Counted from the first letter of the stretch, positions 1 to 14,700 are shown. The stretch: 64,000 nt of DNA from Eledone cirrhosa (GCA_964016885.1 OZ024741.1:376588001-376652000); one strand, 5' to 3'. Program-made: numbers and translations. The notes: generated by a model not told the origin, from the sequence alone.

Positions 1-1487
1 GGTATGGATGTGTAGTTAAGAGGTTCGCTTTGGTCCAACTATAGACTCGAAATGATCAATGTCGATTAAGGAAATTTAGTAAGAATAACTTGCCCCTAAT
101 ATTGGGTATATACGCATGTATAAACCTACACACAAACAAACACACAAACATACTGAAGCACACCAAAATACATATATGTATATATATGTGTATGTGTGCA
201 TGTATGAGTGTATGTTAGATTGCTTATGTCTGTCTATGTCTGTGTTTATGTTTAAAACGCATAAACTCCCGATGATGTTTGACTATAACCTACAACGTAG
301 AATATTTGTTAAATTGTTATCGATCAAAATACCAGAATAAAAAAAGAAAAATTATATGTCGGGACGGTCTGATCGGCTTCTTTCAATCACATGAAACCAG
401 TAAAAGTGTATATGGGTAATCTTTCGATTTGTTTGTTAATCGTATTAATAACTAAGATATTTATAACCTTTGTAGAATTACGTGTTTCATTAAGACTTCC
501 TTTCGTAAATGCTTTTCACTTAGTATGTGACGAACCAGGGGTGGCCGAAATCTCAAGGAGCTCGACTGAAAGAAAGAAACTGAGAGAGATAGAGAGAGAG
601 AGAAAGAGAGAGGGGGGGGGGTGATAGAGATAGAGAGAAATAGAGAGAGAGAGAGAGAAAAAGATAAATACACATACACACACAAACACCCACACGTTTA
701 CTCTATACAAGCGTATTATATATATGTATTTATATGTTTTCATATATACCTTTATTAGTGTCACCGAAAATTATCCCTCGCTCTCCGCCCCCTCTCTTTC
801 CCACTCTCTCTCTCGATCAAAAACATAAACACACACTTTTTTCTCTTCTCTGTTTATGTTTCTTGTTTCCTTAAATTTACCATCATTACTGGGTATACAT
901 CTATTACGCAATTTACCCCTGAAGATGTCACCGGGTTCTTACGCAACCTGGCCTCTGAAATGTAGATAGTGTTTGCTGAAATAAATAATTTAGGAAATTC
1001 AACTTATTTGGTCTCCTGTCTTGTCACTTTATAATACACTTACTCCGTTAAGAGTTGCATAATGCCGAGTGATTTACTCAAATTACGCCATGATTAACAT
1101 TGCAGAATTACCAATTCTACCCTGTGGTAAACCACCAAATTTAAACGTATATATCTCTCTCTCTATATATATATATATACGTCACGCCGGGTTGTGGCAC
1201 AGAGCGGAAACCTATTGATAACTTGAGTCCGCGTTTCGGTCATCAAATACTACAAACTTGCATATTGCACAAGTAGGATTGTTGATTATGGATTCATAGG
1301 AACCTATCGGAGGTATTGCATAATACCCTTTGATACGGTCTAGGTTTGTTACCTAACCTGATTTTATTTTCGTTGCTTTGGGCTAGGCTCCCTTGCCGCA
1401 GTTTTCATTTTGTCACGCTATCTAACGTATATTATTTACTTGTATATAATTGTATAACTGCCATAACTTCGATTTTACTAACCTTCC

Positions 1488-1518
<31 letters not shown>

Positions 1519-1561
1519 CTTTCCGTAAACAGGTTCAACTTCGCATTTTCCCTATTCCCCT

Positions 1562-1655
<94 letters not shown>

Positions 1656-1839
1656 GGGGTTTGTGTGTATGACCAAATCAAGGAGAAAATATTTGTATAC
1701 AAATCAATAAGAATGCTATACTAGAATGAGACAGAAAATACACGGTATTACTCTACGTGCATGAGACTAGCAGTAACAATTTATAAACAAGTGTATAACT
1801 TCACATTAAATTACTTTCCTTGAGCACAGTGATAAATGG

Positions 1840-1843
1840 GTGT

Positions 1844-1899
<56 letters not shown>

Positions 1900-1912
1900 G
1901 TGCGCGCGTGTG

Positions 1913-1991
<79 letters not shown>
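1840..1991. repeat. (TG)n microsatellite
   Basis: Directly visible ~150 bp TG run with a few CG interruptions; one of dozens of microsatellites in the window. Confidence 0.97.
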
Positions 1992-1996
<5 letters not shown>

Positions 1997-3747
1997 CCTG
2001 TGAGTGTGTAAAGAAACTGCTCGGAAAGCCGGTAAAATGCGAATAGAAGTATAAACATGAAATTAGAGCATAGTAGTTAAAACGATGATAAGACAAAATA
2101 TTTCCCCCCTGTATGTTTAATATTTCAAGATCATGGATTTATCTTTCAATGACACACGGAGATAAGTCTCACTAATCTCAGAACGTTTCCTTTGAAGTTT
2201 GCTTGGCGGTTGCCCGAAGTGTGACAGCTAGTCTGTTTCATTCAGTTCAGATTATTTTTTATTCGTGTTTCAATTTTGCGAGTTTATAAGAAGCGTTTTT
2301 TTATTTGCAAATTACCTACATCCCATCGTCACTTCGATTGTGAAGTGAATGTCTCGGGTGTAGCATTTCACCACTTGCTTTTTGACAGGGAAAAACCACG
2401 CGGTCTTATGTTCGTGACATGTATGTGAAGTTTGTGAATATTGCTTCCTATATATAAGCTACCACAGCTTATGCTGTTCTCTATCACATTTCCGCATGTT
2501 TGATGGGACAGTTGAAGAATGTGCATATATTCTTGGTGTATGTCGATCATGATACGTAAGAGATGCAATGAGAATAGTAAAATATACACCAGCATCAAAA
2601 GAGACGTCACCAAAATACGGCTATCCAACTTCTTTTACCAAACACTATCAAGGAGAGCAGGCTTCACTAGGAATAACATACTATCTATAGGTACTTCATT
2701 TCATATCTTGACTGTTATCACTTTTGAGCAACTCCTTAAAATATATAGAAATGAATGTATTTCTTATATACATTAATTCGGACATAGATGATTCAATACA
2801 AAGTGAAATATTTATAACAGCTATATCACTAAATTTCTAATAAGGTAATGAATTACTAACGGTGTAATAAATAAATTTCAGAGGGATCCTTAATGTATGA
2901 AATGATTTTGGCAAGAAAGGAACAATAATTATGTGCTGTATACATTGTATACATTGCTAAAAGTATTATATTTCAATAGAAATCAATTTAGAAAATGATG
3001 GGGAATAAACCATCAATCATATGTTGAAAAATAAGTGCAAGCTTTTAAGATTATTGCATCTTAATCACTTAAAGTAAAAAGCAGTCGACGAAATTTCACG
3101 AAGAAAATTGATGAATGCTGGATACATATATATTGGCTGCCGAGTTTAACTATCATATAAATGCTGAACATAGAAGTTCCTGCTGTAAATGGATGTACAA
3201 AAGAAATATAGAAAATAGAAAACAATGCTAAGTGTATTAATTTTGTGAAGTGTGAATTTAGTTTTTCAATGACTGATTAAATTGCAGGAATAGAACAATT
3301 CTCATCAATTCATTCCTCTGAAGGGTGATTATAATTTAAAATTATATGTATCTGAAGTTCTTTTCTATTATGTCAAGCATTGATTTTATATAATTCAAAA
3401 GCACTGACAGAAGAATTAATCAAAATGTAAAGCTAAAGAACAATCAGAGTGAACAATGAAGTAGCTGATCGGCGGAAATTTTAGAATTATAGAAGTAAAA
3501 AGGTGAATAGTCTCCACTTTCGTCTCAATAAATTCCACGTTCAAATCCAATCGAATTTGACTTGGCAAGTCATTTATTGACTGGAATACTAACATCGATT
3601 GAACATTAATCAAATATAGAATATCAGGGCGAATATTTATAGGGAAATTATAAATGATCAACCTTTTTTCTACCGGGTGTAATATCAAATCCAATATTGT
3701 TTGTTTTGTATTCATTCATTAGTGACAATTGTATTAGCGATGTTTTC

Positions 3748-3958
3748 GTGGTAGGTTGGCAGTATCGGTAGAGTGTTGGACAACATGCTTTGCAGCATAT
3801 TGTTAAGGCTCTGTGTTCGAATCCCGTCGAGCTTAGCTTTACCTTTCATCCTTGCGGGGTCGATAAAATAAAACACCAGTAACGCACAGGATTCGATTTA
3901 ATCGACTTTTGCCTCCACATAATAGCTGGCCTTGTACCTATAATAGAAATCATTATTT
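3748..3958 (+). mobile_element. tRNA-derived SINE, near full length
   Basis: A-box-like TGGCAGTATCGG, B-box GTTCGAATCCC, central CCTTTCATCCTTGCGGGGTCGATAAAATAAA, tail GCTGGCCTTGTACC..TAGAAATCATTATT; homologous copies on the - strand at 15010, 17985, 25118, 25321 and 27563. Confidence 0.85.
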
Positions 3959-5795
3959 AGGTAAGAACCAGGCAGGTCCATTTTGGCCAATAAAGAAATT
4001 ATTATTTATCTAAAAGAAAAAGAAACTATTAAACTTCGAAGAACCGTTCGTAATAGAAACAATAAATAATGTGATGGTAAAATAAATCACCCAGGTGGCT
4101 TGTTCACCTGGGCTAAACAACAATATAGTGCAAGGAAAGTTCAAATGCACATATTTCAAAGCGTTTTTGTATAACATATATTATGTTGCAGTTTAAGGAC
4201 AACTTTGACATTCGCTCCAGGACCGTTTTCATTTTGATAAAATTGGATGCTTTTTACTTGTGCTAATGAGATTATTATATCCATTAAATGACACGTTGGT
4301 TATAAAGCCAACATTATAACTTGGGAAACCAAACATTTTGTTTCATATTTCAATATTATTCTTACACCGATATACGCATACAAAATGTTAAGAAAATGCA
4401 AACATCTTTAAGACTTTTATGAAGAAGCAATTTAATATGCATATTACATATACTTTTGGAAAATACATGGCACCGTTACAAACCTCTATATCACACTTCC
4501 ATTGGTAACAAGAGAGTTCAGATTTTGGTAAAGAAAATGATCGATACTTGTTTAACTCCAATAATCAATGTTACAACAACAAACTATGCATTTAATTGTT
4601 TGTAAATTCTCAGGTCAACCCACCCGCGCCAGTTTAACCAGCATTGACAATACGTAACATTAAAATACAGAACAAAAAACGGAAGTGAACATTTTAGCCA
4701 TGAATATCCCAAGTGCTAACAAGGGCGACTTGGTTTGTTCCATACAACTAAACAAGTAAGTTCAAGTTCAATGTGAGATGCGGGGCAAAATGTCACCTCT
4801 TTAATATTTAGCAGTTAGAAACATAAATATTTGAATGAACATAATTTTTCATCGAAGACACCCAGTACTCCCTACAACCTCTTAAAACTCCCGTAATACG
4901 TCGATTTAAAATAAATAGCAAAATACATGTGTAACATTAAATGACATTGTCAGGCGAGATCTTCCCACTGTTTCAATATTCTGTTATAATTATTTACTAA
5001 AATTAAATTGCTAATGATCTGTACGTCATGTTGATCGTATTATGTCAGCCGTTGCATTCCCCTTCACACGCAAACTCACACTCAGATGTATAAATACACG
5101 CACGCGCATGCACACAAAAATAGACACACACACAAACTCAAACATAAAAATTAATGAAACATGGTCTATTAAATCTTAAACAAATTATATATATTTAGCG
5201 TGAGATTTAGAGTAGAATACAACAAATGTTCTGACCAATATCACAACACTCATCACGATATTTCATTTAAATCTAATAGAATACTTTAGAAAAAGCCTTG
5301 TCTTCAAAATATCCTATTAATTATCTTCTGTAAACATATAGCCGTCTCGAATTGAAGAATTAAATCGTTAAACTTATCTTCAATGAAGGGATCCCAAAAT
5401 ACATTTTTAATTGCATGCATGTGCAAGATCAAGTCATTTAAATTTATCATTCTCACTACTTTGGTGTGTCCACCGTCCAGATATCCTTTAAAAGATTGAT
5501 CGTTTTTCTATTCCATTTAGCCTTAATGTAAAAATCGTTCTGTATTAGTAAATATGTATTGAATTGCAATGGAAAGATGCATAAAAAACAATCCTAACAA
5601 TGAAAGAAAATAGATTTGGTCATGAGGAATTCATTTCTATGCTATTTAGTAAAAGGGAATATTCTGTTTGTAAGATTAAAGGCTTTTATTTTATACGAAT
5701 GCTATCGAGCTACAAACCTTGAGGAATGTGTTACGTTTGGAATACAATCTCCACAAGTAAAACCTAAAGCTGTTTAAAATACATACATAAAAAAG

Positions 5796-6140
<345 letters not shown>

Positions 6141-6237
6141 ATGAAGTTTACGTTGAAAATTGAAAATGTCATAGGAGTGAAGAGTGCTCTATGTAAGTTA
6201 CAGAGTTAAATTTAATGTATAATAAACAATACAATAT

Positions 6238-6315
6238 AATTACCTCATTACCAGAAGTTTCCCGAATAAGACGAACACAAGAAACGTCCTCATTCGTTCG
6301 TCAGACAAGGCAATT
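6238..6315 (-). ncRNA. type I hammerhead ribozyme motif (inverted pLTR copy)
   Basis: Reverse complement reads aattgccttgt-CTGACGA-a-cgaatgaggacg..cgtcttattcg-g-GAAAC-ttctg-GTA-atgaggtaatt. Confidence 0.7.
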
Positions 6316-6616
6316 TAAAACATAGTCAAATATTTGAAAAATCTTTTCAAGAAAGGGAAAAATTTAACGGGCAAAAAAAAAATATAAATAAGAGTAAGGC
6401 AAGAGATATATAAAAATAAAATAAGGAAATATAGTAAGGGTATGTGTATAAATGTGTGTATATGCACCTACAAATGTACATATATGTGTATGTACAAATG
6501 CATGTGTATAGTGAAAAAATAATCGTAGCATATTCTACATTTTTATGAGATTGGCACCTTCCAGCCCTTTTAAAGTCGGGCACTCTTCATTCAAAAGGAC
6601 TTTTAACCAATAGTGA

Positions 6617-8710
6617 ACATGGATAGACATCATTCGGATTACTCCATCAAGAACAACTTCCAACACTCCCTACACTAAAATGTTGATAGACAAAGTAGAG
6701 AAAGTTGTTAAAAGAATGAGATGGGATGCTTTGATTTTCGATGGACATTTTATCACGGACTCTACAGAATATTTTGATATCAAGTCTCATAAATACCTAC
6801 AAAGAGTAAAATATATGACCACTTTTGAACTAGACTTAGTTAATTTAATCAACCAAATCAAATTCCGTAAGTACTCTAACCCTTTTCAATCTAAACTATC
6901 TAACGATATTTCAAAATTCAAATCTTCTAAAAATAAGTTCATTTTCTCTGACAAAACTAAAAACTTATATGAAGTTAATAATAATTTACATGACCAACTA
7001 TTAACAGATAACATCACCTTTAAATACCAAATAGCTAATATAAACACCTATACTACTATTAATAAGGAAGCTAAAGAATTAGCTAGTTTTTTTTAAAATA
7101 GACAATAGAACAGAAAAACTTGCTTAAGTAATACCTATATCACCCTCAAAGATCACAAACCTGACTTTATTAACCGTCCTAATTGTAGATTAATCAACCC
7201 TACTAAGACTGAAATCGGCCTTGCTAGCAAAAAAATATTAAATAATATAAACAAACATATTAGTAGTAAGTCTGAATTACTCCAATGGATAAATAGCTCT
7301 TCCGTAGTACATTGGTTTAATAATATTAAAGATAAAAATAGTTCTAGATTCACCCAATTTGACATTGTAGACTTCTACCCGTCTATTACTCACCCTCTTT
7401 TAACGAAAGCATTAAATTTCGCTAGAAAGTTTATCAATATTTCTGATATTGAAGAGAATGTCATTTTGCATGCTAGAACACTTTACTATTTACTAATAAT
7501 GACACTTGGGTAAAAAAATCTAACCCAGAGAACCCATTTGATGTCTCAATGGGTTCTTTTGACAGTATGACGTGGGTGATTTAGCCGGCCTATTCCTCCT
7601 ACACACACTTAAAGAGAAATTCCCTAACCATACCTTTGGGATTTATCGTGACGATGATCTAATACCTCTATTGGCCATAACTTAGATAGATTCAGGAAAT
7701 ACTTAATAAAAACCTTCGCTAGTTTTAATCTTAAAATTACCATTGACACTAACCTTTCTAATGTTAATTTTCTAGATATAAACCTAGATCTGCCTACTGC
7801 TTCTTAAAAAAAGTACCATAAACCTAATGAAAATTTAAAATATATAAATAAAGGCTCTTGCCATCCTCCTATAGTTTTTAAAAATCTTATCCCTAATATT
7901 AGCCGTAGGATCTCCACCTTCTCTTCCTCAGAAGCTATTATCAATAAGGCACCCCCCCTACTATGATAAAGTCCTTCAAAATTTAGCGGATTTAGCGAAC
8001 CCATTAAATACATACCCAACAATACTAACTCCTTTAAACATAATAATAGGAAAAGAAAAATAATCTGGTTCACAACCCCTACCTTTTAGCAGTTAAAACT
8101 AATGTAGGCAAACAATTCCTAGAGCTCTTACATAAACATTTCCCTAGAAAACATAGATACTATAACATCTTCAATAGAAACTGTGTCAAAATCAGCTACT
8201 CCTGCGATCCCCCTATTAAATCTTATATCCTCAATAAGAAAATACCCAGAGAACATCAACATTGCTGCTGTAGAGTCAAAAGTGAATGCCCATTACAAGG
8301 TAAATGCAACACCAAAGCCATTGTATATGCGGCTAAAGTGACAACCACCAGCAACAACCTACCAGCCACCAGCGAACGATATGTGGATATGACACAAGAC
8401 AAATTCAAAACGCGTTATTACTCACATGTCGCATCTTTCCGATATCCTGCAAAATGATTTACAACAGTTCTGGCTACCAGAATATGGGATTTGAAAGACC
8501 AAGGTATCCAATATGAATTAGATTGGTCAATTTTGAACCACTCTAAAGAATATGCAAGAGGAACAAAAGGATGCGCACTCTGCATAAGTGAAAAATATAA
8601 TATTGGATTTTACAGAACCTTAAATCACCAAAAACCTGCCTAAATGCAAAAACAGAAATTTTCATCAGTTGCCCACACATGAAATCACACTTGCTCTCCA
8701 GCTCATATAA
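6617..8710 (+). pseudogene. Penelope-like RT + GIY-YIG endonuclease ORF disrupted by frameshifts and stops
   Basis: Motifs across frames: KRMRWDA, FSDKTKNLY, ITLKDHKPDF..CRLINPTKTEIG, FDIVDFYPSI (~7358), MGSFDS, IYRDDDL (~7641), NFLDINLDL, HPP, CCCRVKSECPLQGKC, IVYAAKV, RYVDMTQDKFKTRY, CALCISEK. Confidence 0.9.
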
Positions 8711-9217
8711 ACTTAACTCACTTTCAGATACTTATCCTCCCAAAACTCTTGTTCTTCACTTTCCTTAACTTACCTTCTTTACAGACTTCTCTTTCTGATT
8801 TACTTTTATTTTTATTTTTAACTTTATTTTTACTTCACATCCACTAGTGACACCCCCCCCCCCCATACTTTTTGATTCACTTACTTTATATCTTCACAAT
8901 TTTACATATTTTACTTCCCCTTTTCTTTCACTACCTGATATGACATGTCACTTGTGTTTTCAACTGCAGATATATTCTGTTGTCCCCCAGCCGCTTTTAT
9001 GTATGTTTACTTACGTATAATTTGTACTCATTTATTCATACGGCTGGTTCTTATATTGTATGTATGCGTGTAAGTGTGCATATGTGTGTATACGTGTTTG
9101 TATATGTATAGGAATGCATTCGTATGTGCGCGTGTGTATATATGTGTATATGTGTGTGTGTATGTGTGTTTTTATTTTTATGTTTTTTACATACTTATAT
9201 ATATATGTGTGTGTATG

Positions 9218-9262
<45 letters not shown>

Positions 9263-9380
9263 TCGCGTGCGTGTGATTCGATGTACATGTGTGCATATAT
9301 ATGTGCTTCGTGTTTATGTATGCACGCATGTATGTGCTTTTGTCTATACGTATATATATATATATTTTTTTTTATATAAA

Positions 9381-9583
9381 TTAGAAATTGATTGACATAT
9401 AAATATATCTAAAATAAACATATGAAACAATCACAGGGGATAATTCGTAACAATTTATAAGGTATCTATTTTTGAAGTTCTAGTTAAACTTTATTTAGTT
9501 ACCTATCTAACTATGTGTGCTTATCCCCTGTGATTTTTTCATATGTTTATTTTAGATATATTTATATGTCAATCAATTTCTAG
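9381..9583. repeat. ~63-bp inverted repeat inside the Penelope 3' region
   Basis: ttagaaattgattgacatataaatatatctaaaataaacatatgaaacaatcacaggggataa (9381-9444) matches the reverse complement at ~9522-9583. Confidence 0.85.
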
Positions 9584-10338
9584 TTGATATAGAATGCTGG
9601 GATCTATTCATTAGAATCTTGGAGCATATTTTACTGGTGATATGGCGCATGTCTATCTGACACCCTTAATTTAACTTAATTTTGGATATATATATATATT
9701 TATATATATATATATATGTGCGTACGAACCTCTGTATGTTTTCTACTTTTTATTTATTTTTTCTAGTGTTACATTATAATTGATAACCCCTCCCTGTTAC
9801 TTTCTCTTTGATTTAATTTTTTTATTCTCATATATTTTTTTATTGTCTTATTTTATATTTTTATATCTGTATCGACCTTCAGCGTGATACTGCTTTGACT
9901 GATACACTCCCTTCCCTGTATATATCACATACATGTAAGTGGTTGCGCGTGTGTGCGTGTTTATACGCGTGCTTTCATACTCGTATGTGTATATATTTCA
10001 ATCTTTAATCCCTGAGTCTGTATGTACGCTAACTCTATTATCTTACAATTTCTTTTTTTTCAACATATATTATATACGTATTTGTGGTCACACATACACT
10101 GATATGCTTGCCCTCATGTATGTATTTACGCACACATTGTTTCACCATATACATGCATTCGTACATACACACATATGTACATTTGTAGGTGCATATAAAC
10201 ACATTTATCCACATACCCTTACTATATTTCCTTATTTTATTTTTATATATCTCTTGCATTACTCTTACTTATATATTTATTTGGCCATTAAACTTTTGCC
10301 TTTTTGAGGAGATTTTTCAAATATTTCACTATGTTTTA

Positions 10339-10416
10339 AATTGCCTTGTCTGACGAACGAATGAGGACGTTTCTTGTATTCGTCTTATTCGGGAAACCTA
10401 TGGTAATGAGGTAATT
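10339..10416 (+). ncRNA. type I hammerhead ribozyme motif in Penelope pLTR
   Basis: Stem I aattgccttgt/atgaggtaatt (11 bp with GU pairs), CTGACGA 10350-56, long stem II, GAAAC 10393-97, minimal stem III, GTA cleavage triplet. Confidence 0.8.
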
Positions 10417-10995
10417 ATATTGTATTGTTTATTATACATTATATATATATATATAAATTATATTTAGTGAATATCGTAACATTGATGATCAACCTTTAAT
10501 AACATAATCAATTATATCGAGGATAATCCAAATAATACATACGACACTCACAATCGAAGTGAGTAGAATAAAAAAAGGACCATTTAGAAACAGATCATAG
10601 CAAAATAATATAAAACATATACACCCTTCATGCTTTGATAAAATCAATATAAAAGACACAAATGATAATCATAAAATTACAAATATACATAGAAATACGT
10701 AGCATCAAAGTATATATGAATCAAGCGATCATTTCTAAACTGCAATGTATGAGTTATTATGGAAAGGGACAGCGATATATTGATCGAATAATACAGTGTT
10801 TCAAGCACACAATGGTCGAAATACGAAGTAGTGTAAAATCAAATCAAACCTTTGCCACTATGTGTGTACTAATAGTTTGGGTTAACATGTGAACGGAAGA
10901 GGCTAACACGGTTAACAATGTTCAAAATGATAAATGGGTTACCTAGATAATTATGAAAAAATTCCAGAAGAGAAAGTGTGATGCATATATGTATA

Positions 10996-11038
<43 letters not shown>

Positions 11039-11249
11039 ATTAGAGTTAAAACTCAATTGGAACCCTGTAACTATTAAGCTCCAAGTATAAAAATACTGAG
11101 CCGATTAATAATATATAGTAAGAAACCGTGTGTCTAAAATAAAAAGGGTTGAAAAACCACATTTGTTTGAAATATTTAACCAAGAAGCAGACAGAATGAT
11201 AAAATAAAAATATATTATTATAATACAAACCGCCTCAATAACCATTATA

Positions 11250-11329
11250 TCTCTCGGACAGATTATCCCTAATCTGTTTCGCCCTGAGTGTGTTTGTAAC
11301 AGATAATCCTAGGCATCATCAGCGAGAGA
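11250..11329 (-). ncRNA. type I hammerhead ribozyme, intact
   Basis: Reverse complement: tctctcg-CTGATGA-tgcc...ggc-GAAAC-agatta-ggga-taatct-GTC-cgagaga; perfect stem I and stem III, GUC cleavage site. Confidence 0.88.
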
Positions 11330-11663
11330 ATCGGATTAATTGCAACAAACACTATTTGCCAACGTTCACACAAAAAGATGAATTTGTCACCTCGTGCTCC
11401 GCTAGTCAAACGTGGTAAGCGTGTATTGAATAGAAATAACAGTCCAACACACGCAACTTAATAAACTCAACTTGTGAGGGAGCAGAAATATATATGAAAA
11501 TTAGAGTTAAAACTCGATTGGAACCCTGTAACTATTAAGCTCCAAGTATAAAAATACTGAGCCGATTAATAATATATAGTAAGAAACACAGTATATATTT
11601 CTGGTCCCTCACAAGTTGAGCTTATTAAGTTGCGTGTGTTGCGTTTGTTGCATTTAATCTGAT

Positions 11664-11743
11664 TCTCTCGCTGATGATGCCTAGGATTATCTGTTACAAA
11701 CACACTCAGGGCGAAACAGATTAGGGATAATCTGTCCAAGAGA
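11664..11743 (+). ncRNA. type I hammerhead ribozyme, second copy (one stem I mismatch)
   Basis: tctctcg-CTGATGA(11671)...GAAAC(11713)-agattagggataatct-GTC-caagaga. Confidence 0.8.
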
Positions 11744-11884
11744 TATAATGGTTATTGAGGCGGTTTGTATTATAATAATATATTTTATTTTTATCATTCT
11801 GTCTGCTTCTTGGTTAAATATTTCAAACAAATGTGGTTTTTCAACCCTTGTAATTTTAGACACACGGTTTACTGTGTTTCTTAC

Positions 11885-11919
<35 letters not shown>

Positions 11920-11985
11920 AATTTGTTTAGCAAGATTCTTTATCTGAAAACGTGTGTTATTGGCAACATGACCCTCCCAAAGTAT

Positions 11986-12124
<139 letters not shown>

Positions 12125-14072
12125 TATACATATATGCATCACACTTTCTCTTCTGGAATTTTTCCATAATTATTTAGGTAGCCCATTTATCATTTTGAAC
12201 ATTGTTAACCGTGTTAGCCCCTTCCGTTCACATGTTAACCCAAACTAATAGTACACACATAGTGGCAAAGGTTTGATTTGATTTTACAATACTTTGTATT
12301 TTGACCATTGTGTGCTTGAAACACTCTGTATTATTCGATCAATATATCGCTGTCCCTTTCCATAATAGCTCATACATTGCAGTTTAGAAATGATCGCTTG
12401 ATTCATATATACTTTGATGCTACGTATTTCTATGTATATTTGTAATTTTATGATTCTAATTTGTGTCTTTTATATTGATTTTATCAAAGCATGAAGGGTG
12501 TATATGTTTTATATTCTTTTGCTATAATCTGTTTCTAAATGGTCCTTTTTTTATTCTACTCACTTCGATTGTGAGTGTCTTATGTATTATTTGGATTATC
12601 CTCGATATAATTGATTATGTTATTAAAGGTTGATCATCAATGTTACGATATTCACTAAATATAATTTTCGTGAAGATATCTGATAAGATCCACACTTGAT
12701 TTCAATTCTTCAACGATTGTCATCGTTAAAATGTTCTCCTATTTAGAGAACGCATTAACCGAATTCTCTCAATCTCCACCTTTTGATATTTTCTTTTGTG
12801 TTATTTTGATGCAGTTTTTGATTTTGACAATATTCTTTTAGTATGCTAGTATCATCAACTATTAGCATTTTATTTTGCATATGTGGCCTCAAACTTCATG
12901 GAGTAAATAGTCGCATTTTAAATTTAATCATTTCATTGTCATTGCTTTCAGTTTTACTTTTTTGCATCTTTCTTTTCTATGTTTCTTGTAAGTATAGACG
13001 GACTCTAATTCCAAACGTGAAATGTGTACTATTCAGATCAAGGACTAGCATATTGGTGTTTGTTTTGATGTATGTTTATATCTTATTTCATTTCTGCACC
13101 CGACTCACAATATACATTGTAACATCTCTTAATTACCCTAGAAGGCTCCGAGATCTTTAGAGCAATGACATTGCCTGCATGCACTTTGCAGCCAATCTAG
13201 TATTGACAACTGCTTTTAATCATTCAGCGTTAATTTCTCGCGTGGGTTATCTTGCTCACCGTAGGTAGATATTAGGTATTAAATGTCATTGTGAAATATA
13301 TCCAAATATAAAATATATTATTTCATATTCTAATTTGTCATGTTTGTTTAATTTGCTGGAATTGAAACAGAGAGCAATTTATAAAACCTCAGAAATAGTC
13401 AAAAGTCATATATATTCTCCTTGGAGAAGGGAAAAGGGTAGACCAAGCAGCCTCCAAGAATTGATCCACACATTTGACGTGTACCGGATAACTGCGATAA
13501 CCTTCTAATTAGAGATGAGAAATTTGGCAAGAGAACGTTGCCAACATGATGTTTGTAAAATCTTTTGTGCGCACATGATGTATATACATTATACACGTTT
13601 AGATGATTTGAACTAAGTGCCAAATTGCTCTTAGTATCGGATTTGGGGATTGAAAGATCAGAAATATATATTTTAGTAAATTTGTTTTCAAATGAATGCC
13701 AAACCAATAATAAACGTGAGATATTTTTATCGATTATGCCATGCAAGTGTAATTTGGTCCACTATTCTGTTTCTCTCTCTCTCTCTCTATTGGAGAAACG
13801 TGATACTGGTAATGCTGAAGGATATTTGAACTTTAACAGTATAAAATTACCACACATAAAATGCCTTACTGATAACTTAACATGTTTAGCGACACTTGTC
13901 TCATAGCAGAAATTTAAGTGGACTTTGGATAGATCAATGCAATATTGTGTATAAAAAGATCACTAAAATTCCTTTATATATGTTTGTATGTTTGTATGTA
14001 TGTATGCATGCATGTATATGTGTGTATGTTTATGTCTATGTGTGTATTTGTGTATGTATGTATGCATGTAAG

Positions 14073-14153
<81 letters not shown>

Positions 14154-14224
14154 TTGTGTTCAGAAAGCATCTTCTCCTGCATTGAGTACACCCATGATTT
14201 GTAGTCTCCCTGGTCCCAGCATCG

Positions 14225-14260
<36 letters not shown>

Positions 14261-14543
14261 CTCTCTCAAATATATATACACACACACATATACAAACACA
14301 AATGTTGATATGTATAGAATAACATCAATGTAGGTTCTTGACACATCATTTATATAATTTAACTATATTCAGACATCGATAAGAAAACCACCTAAAGTAT
14401 TTTAGATATTCGAGTATATCTACTATGTGATAAATCTTTATAGAGACAATTACTTTCGGAGATTGTCTCTACCATATATATATATATAGGAACGAGTAGG
14501 ACCCCGACGGCTGAGCTCAACCCGTTTCGACGGCTAATTCTGG

Positions 14544-14599
<56 letters not shown>

Positions 14600-14625
14600 A
14601 TCAAAAGATAGTTAAAAGAGTTCCA

Positions 14626-14700
14626 TCTATTTTATTATGCGCATTTCAAAAACAAATATCATCGTGGGATGATATTTGCGTTCTCATCAGATAAAATAGA
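14626..14700 (-). ncRNA. type I hammerhead ribozyme with palindromic helix III
   Basis: Reverse complement: tctattttat-CTGATGA-gaacgcaaatatcat-cccacg-atgatatttgttttt-GAAA-tgcgca-TA-ataaaataga; perfect 10-bp stem I. Confidence 0.85.

Larger units (their letters stand above)
6213..10440 (+). mobile_element. Penelope-like retroelement (C-terminal GIY-YIG type), decayed, with inverted pseudo-LTR segment at its 5' end
   Basis: 6213-6345 is the reverse complement of ~10310-10440; it encloses an RT+EN pseudo-ORF; there is an HHR motif in the repeated segment; the right end abuts (TA)n. Confidence 0.88.
11033..11890. mobile_element. non-autonomous Penelope-type insertion with tandem + inverted pLTR pieces
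   Basis: 11033-11127 is directly repeated at ~11494-11588; ~11590-11885 is an inverted, internally deleted copy of ~11110-11490; it carries two HHR copies and is flanked by (TA)n. Confidence 0.8.

Noticed and set aside
912-975. Possible hammerhead CTGAAGA(919)..ccgggtt/aacctgg..GAAA(957)tgtagaTA
   Set aside because: Helix I and III pairing is poor; at best a decayed relic, so not called
116-2096. Many 60-150 aa ORFs rich in YI/CV/TH/LS/RE dipeptides here and across the window
   Set aside because: They are translations of (TA)n, (TG)n, (CA)n and (GA)n microsatellites with no coding signal
3748-3830. tRNA gene
   Set aside because: A/B boxes are present but no cloverleaf forms and it continues into SINE body sequence found in several copies
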